A DNA stretch of 64,000 nucleotides. Source: an uncultured Gemmatimonadales bacterium. Lineage in GTDB: Bacteria > Gemmatimonadota > Gemmatimonadetes > Longimicrobiales > RSA9. The translations under genes and the position numbers were made by a program. Below the pieces are notes generated by a model. That model was not told where the DNA came from and made no database searches. It saw only the letters and a list, made by a program, of their open reading frames with translations. Location: assembly GCA_963798085.1 (NCBI GenBank), contig CAWCRS010000007.1, forward strand, positions 1,248,001 through 1,312,000, read 5' to 3'. This document shows positions 60,159-64,000 of this stretch, piece by piece; position 1 is the stretch's first letter; each line of letters starts with the position of its first letter.

Positions 60159-61246
60159 CAGAATCCTCCCGGCTGGATCAGCGATGGCGGGAGCACGGCG
60201 AGCAGCTGCTTCAGCTCCGCGGCGCGCGAGCGCGGCACGACAAACGTCACGTCGCCGGTGCGCACGACGACCATATCGTGCGCGCCGAACAACACGACCG
60301 AGCCCTGCTCCGACCATGCAATGCAGCCCGCACTGTCGATTACGTGCGCATCACCAACGCTCACGTTGCCGTGCGCATCGGCCGCGCGCGTACGACCCAC
60401 CGCGTCCCAGGAGCCCACATCATCCCAGGCGAAGGTGGCGCGTGCCACCGCCACCCGGCCGCTGCGCTCGAGCAGTCCTTCATCAATCGTGATGGTGGGC
60501 ACGCGCGCGAAGAATCCGCCAATGTCGCCGCGGTCGAGCAGAGGCAGGTACGAGGCGACTTCCGGTGTGTGCTCGCGGAGTTCCTCGAGCAGGAGTGCGG
60601 CGGGCCACACGAAAAGACCCGTGTTCCACAGACAGCCTTCCGCCACGTAGCGCGCGGCCGTGTCGCGGTCCGGCTTCTCCACGAACTGCGCAACTTCGAA
60701 CATTCCCGCTTCGCCCTCCGCCTCCGCCACCCGTTCACCCATGCGAATGTAGCCGTACCCCGTTTCCGCGCGATCGGGTACGGCGCCGATCGTGAAGAGC
60801 CGCCTGTGCGCAGCCGCCGCCCTCGCCACGCGCTGCAGCAACGCCAGGAACGCGGCGGCCGGTTCGATCACGTGGTCCGCGTGCAGTGAGGCCATGACCG
60901 CACCGGGATCCAGCCGCTCGATTTCGTGGGCCGCCCAGGCCAGCGCGGGCGCGGTACCGCGTGCGACCGGCTCGAGGAGCAGCTGTTCGCGGCCGAAGCC
61001 GGGCAGCGCGTCGAGGATCGGCTGCGCCAGCTTCTCGCCCGTGAGGATGCGCATGCGTTCCGGCGGGACCAGCGGCCGCACCCGCTCGACGGTCTGCTCA
61101 ATCAATGGGGCGGTGCCAGCGAGAGGCAATAGCTGCTTCGGCCGCAGTGGCGTCGAAACGGGCCAGAAGCGCGAGCCCACGCCGCCCGCCAGGATCGCGG
61201 CCCAGAGGGACGGCTCAGGCTGCGAAGATCTCGTTGATCCGGGCAA
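60158..61246 (-). CDS. manC: Mannose-1-phosphate guanylyltransferase
   Basis: ILAGG.G.RFWP.S....PKQ, EP..R.TAPA, ETGYGYI, FVEKPD, WN.G.F, WDDVGSW. Confidence 0.93.
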   Translation of the reverse strand: MPGSTRSSQPEPSLWAAILAGGVGSRFWPVSTPLRPKQLLPLAGTAPLIEQTVERVRPLVPPERMRILTGEKLAQPILDALPGFGREQLLLEPVARGTAPALAWAAHEIERLDPGAVMASLHADHVIEPAAAFLALLQRVARAAAAHRRLFTIGAVPDRAETGYGYIRMGERVAEAEGEAGMFEVAQFVEKPDRDTAARYVAEGCLWNTGLFVWPAALLLEELREHTPEVASYLPLLDRGDIGGFFARVPTITIDEGLLERSGRVAVARATFAWDDVGSWDAVGRTRAADAHGNVSVGDAHVIDSAGCIAWSEQGSVVLFGAHDMVVVRTGDVTFVVPRSRAAELKQLLAVLPPSLIQPGGF

Positions 61247-61613
61247 GCAGCCTCTTCGGGCTGAAAGGCTTCACCACGAAATCGAATGCGCCCAGCGCCG
61301 CCGCCTGCTCGCGATCGGTTTCATTGCCCTTGGCAGTGAGCATGATCACGGGCGTGCTACGCCGGTGCGGCATGCGGCGCAACTGTGCGAGCAGTTCGAG
61401 GCCACCCAGGCGAGGCAGCATGATGTCGAGGAGGATGAGATCGATGGGATCGGGGCGACGCAGCATTTCCAGCGCGGCTACGCCATCGGGACACAGCGCC
61501 ACATCGTATGGGCCCAGTTCCAGCTTGAACTGGATGATGCGGCCAATGTGGGGCTCGTCGTCCACGACCAGGATGTGGCGCCGCGTTTCGGTGTCGGTCG
61601 AAGCGTTGGCCAT
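61215..61613 (-). CDS. Single-domain response regulator (receiver)
   Basis: ILVVDDE, LILLDIMLP.L.G, VIMLTAKG, KPFSP; no output domain. Confidence 0.9.
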   Translation of the reverse strand: MANASTDTETRRHILVVDDEPHIGRIIQFKLELGPYDVALCPDGVAALEMLRRPDPIDLILLDIMLPRLGGLELLAQLRRMPHRRSTPVIMLTAKGNETDREQAAALGAFDFVVKPFSPKRLLARINEIFAA

Positions 61614-61872
61614 GCCTGCGCGTGAGGACCGCGACGCGGTCGGTGCGGGTACGGGTCCCGCGCGACGACGTGTCGGCCGGACCCCGGCACGCGCGCCGGA
61701 CGCGTCCTCGGCCAGCACGTTCAGCCGGGACCGGAGCGCGGAAATGTTTTACCACCGGCCGGGTACAAAGTCAACGCGCGCAGCCGCTCGCGCGTTGTGC
61801 ATGCACAGCCGGCGCGCGTGCTGTGCGCGTTGCGGTTTCCGGCTGAACCTGGCGAAAGACCCGTCGGGCGGG

Positions 61873-61902
61873 TTGACAGTCGTGAAAACACGCGGGTAAC
61901 AT
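61873..61902 (+). promoter_or_regulatory. sigma70 promoter for the lipoprotein-serS unit
   Basis: TTGACA-18 nt-TAACAT. Confidence 0.6.
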
Positions 61903-61922
61903 CTGCGCTCCTGTTTACGGAA

Positions 61923-62504
61923 ATGAGATTGTCGAATCTGCAGCACGGACTGCGCGCGTCACTGGCGCTGGCGCCGCTCGTTGCGCTGGTTGCATGCGGC
62001 AACGGCCTGGGGCCGGCCACATGGAATGCCACGCCGGACACGGTCGTGATCTACTCGCTGGCGAGGCCTGAACTCATCGGGCAACCTTCCGCCTACGACT
62101 TCATCTCGAACCGCCGCGTCGTGGTAGAAGGCCAGGGACAGACGGGGGCGTGGGATGCGGCGCTGTCGGAGCAGGCGGGGAGCTTCGTGCTGCTGCCGGC
62201 CGGCTATTTCCCGGGCATCACGTCGCGCGCCGGCATAGCGGAAACCACGAGCACGTCGCTGGACGATCTGACGCGCGCGCCGGGGGATTCAGCCGCGTAC
62301 AAGCAGCTGCCCGTGACGTTGCGCGTGGGTGCGGTCTACGCTGTGCGCACGCGGCGCGATCTCTGTTCGGACCTGGTCACGACCGGTTCACGCTACGGGA
62401 AATTCCAGATCGTGGCGATCGACGCGAGCCTGGGCGCCATCACCATGGCATCGGTGTCCAATCCCTATTGCAACAATCTGTCGCTCGTGCCGCCGACGAA
62501 CTGA
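61923..62504 (+). CDS. Lipoprotein, possibly HmuY-like fold
   Basis: Lipobox LVAC; AYDF..WDAAL..LDDLTRAP..Y..VYAVRT..RYGKFQIV. Confidence 0.7.
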   Translation: MRLSNLQHGLRASLALAPLVALVACGNGLGPATWNATPDTVVIYSLARPELIGQPSAYDFISNRRVVVEGQGQTGAWDAALSEQAGSFVLLPAGYFPGITSRAGIAETTSTSLDDLTRAPGDSAAYKQLPVTLRVGAVYAVRTRRDLCSDLVTTGSRYGKFQIVAIDASLGAITMASVSNPYCNNLSLVPPTN

Positions 62505-62519
62505 GCACGAACCACTCCA

Positions 62520-63803
62520 TTGCTCGACCTGAAACTGATTCGTGAGAATCCGGGCCTCGTCCTGGAGCGACTGGCCGTACGCGGCAAGCGGGAGCTGCCG
62601 CTCATGGTGGAGCGCGTGGGTGCATTGGATGCGGAGCGTCGCTCGCTCATCACACAGGTCAATGCGATGCGCGCGCAGCGCAACGAAGTCTCGCCGCGCG
62701 TCGGCAATCTGAAGAAGGAAGGGAAGCACGAAGAGGCGGAACAGCTGGTCGTCGAGATGCGTGCGCTGAACGAGCGCATGGCGCAGATCGATGCGCAGCT
62801 GGTCAGCACGGAGGCGGAGATCAACGATCTGCTGCTGAATCTGCCCAACCTGCCGGAGCACGCGGTGCCGGCGGGCGGCGCGGAGTGCAACATGGTGGTG
62901 CGGGAGTGGGGCGATGTGCCGGCCTTCTCCTTCGCACCTCGGCCGCACTGGGAGCTGGCCGAGCGTCTGGGCCTGCTCGACCTGGCGCGCGGCAGCAAGA
63001 TTGCCGGCAGTGGTTTCCCGCTGTTCGTGGGGCTGGGTGCACGGCTGGAGCGCGCGCTCATCAACCTCATGCTCGACATGCATACGCGCGAGCACGGCTA
63101 CCGCGAAGTATCGCCGCCACTGCTGGTGAACAGTCACGCCGCGCTGGGCACGGGGCATCTGCCGAAGTTCGGCGAAGACATGTACCGTCTCCCCGAGGAC
63201 GACCTCTACCTCGTGCCCACCGCCGAGGTGCCGGTAACAAACCTGTTCGCAGACGAGATTCTCGCGCCTGATGCCGTGCCGCAGCGCTTCGTGGCGTACA
63301 CACCCTGTTTCCGCCGCGAGGCCGGCTCCGCAGGCAAGGATACGCGCGGCATCCTGCGCGTGCACCAGTTCGACAAGGTGGAGCTGGTGCGTTTCGAGCG
63401 GCCGGAGAATGGCCGCGTGGCACTGGAAGAACTGACACGGCAGGCGGAGGCTGTGCTGCAGCGCCTGGGGCTGCGCTATCGCGTGCTGCTGCTCGCGGGC
63501 GGCGACCTTGGCTTCGCCAACGCGCAGACGTACGATCTGGAGGCATGGGCGCCCGGCGTGGGCAAATGGCTCGAGGTTTCGAGCTGTTCGCTCTACAACG
63601 ATTTCCAGGCGAGGCGCGCGAACATCCGCTTCCGTCCGGCGGCCGGCGCACGGCCCGAGTTCGTCACCACGCTCAATGGCTCGGGACTGGGATTGCCTCG
63701 CACGTTCATCAGTGTGCTGGAGACGTATCAGCAGGCCGACGGCAGCATCCGTATCCCCGCGGCGCTGCAGGAGTACGTGGGGACGGATCGCATCGCGGGC
63801 TAG
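62520..63803 (+). CDS. serS: Serine--tRNA ligase
   Basis: MLD.K.IR.NP, LPN.P, PTAEVP, FRREAGS.GKDTRG..RVHQF.KVE, EVSSCS, TLNGSGL. Confidence 0.98.
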   Translation: MLDLKLIRENPGLVLERLAVRGKRELPLMVERVGALDAERRSLITQVNAMRAQRNEVSPRVGNLKKEGKHEEAEQLVVEMRALNERMAQIDAQLVSTEAEINDLLLNLPNLPEHAVPAGGAECNMVVREWGDVPAFSFAPRPHWELAERLGLLDLARGSKIAGSGFPLFVGLGARLERALINLMLDMHTREHGYREVSPPLLVNSHAALGTGHLPKFGEDMYRLPEDDLYLVPTAEVPVTNLFADEILAPDAVPQRFVAYTPCFRREAGSAGKDTRGILRVHQFDKVELVRFERPENGRVALEELTRQAEAVLQRLGLRYRVLLLAGGDLGFANAQTYDLEAWAPGVGKWLEVSSCSLYNDFQARRANIRFRPAAGARPEFVTTLNGSGLGLPRTFISVLETYQQADGSIRIPAALQEYVGTDRIAG

Positions 63804-63812
63804 CGCACGCAC

Positions 63813-64000
63813 ATGCGAAGACGGTTCTGGCCGGCCCTGCTCGCCACCGCCTCGCTCGTTGTCTTCGCCTCCTACCTGGCGTACACGCAGTATCTCGTCC
63901 GGCAGATCCGGCAGCAGGGCGTGATCAATTCGCGCATCTGGTCACTGGTGCAGCGCGGTCTGCTGTCGCCGGACACGGGCGCCGTGGGGCAGGAGTTGAC
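63813..64000 (+). CDS. Membrane protein N-terminus, possibly a sensor histidine kinase (runs off the window)
   Basis: MRRRFWPALLATASLVVFASYLAYTQYLVRQIR...; open to the window end. Confidence 0.5.
   Translation, partial: MRRRFWPALLATASLVVFASYLAYTQYLVRQIRQQGVINSRIWSLVQRGLLSPDTGAVGQEL

Noticed and set aside
631..63812. Many long antisense or alternate-frame ORFs (e.g. 631-2196, 11857-13677, 17400-19685, 45092-46732, 62388-63812)
   Set aside because: Shadow ORFs typical of high-GC DNA, lying opposite well-supported genes and lacking recognisable motifs

Overview
High-GC bacterial chromosomal segment, most likely Gemmatimonadota (inferred from the protein families, the short FCB-type sigma70 and mglBA). 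It is mostly core genome: smc, SRP RNA-dnaX-yraN-ybaB-recR-mglBA-pgsA-cinA, grpE-dnaJ, cysteine desulfurase-mnmA, bshB1, a MacAB-like ABC exporter, NtrY/NtrX-like two-component proteins, degP, comM, a DUF488-larE-cysteine desulfurase-thpR cluster, a sigma70, rplM-rpsI-rpsB-tsf-pyrH-frr-uppS-cdsA-dxr-rseP, manC and serS. I found no rRNA, tRNA, CRISPR array, transposase or prophage. About a dozen genes, several essential, carry single-base indels that look like assembly errors; four are the same GATG->GAATG insertion. The most unusual signals are five. (1) An SMC that lacks about half of its hinge, including the GX6GX3GG motif, and is translationally coupled to a ParA/MinD-like-TM-2xSPOR protein. 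(2) A 241-bp non-coding element with perfect 26-bp terminal inverted repeats and nested helices between the sigma70 gene and the rplM promoter. (3) A strand-specific 13-mer repeat just after several stop codons. (4) A larE operon with a stand-alone copy of the LarE C-terminal domain. (5) An SRP RNA with a non-GNRA apical loop.
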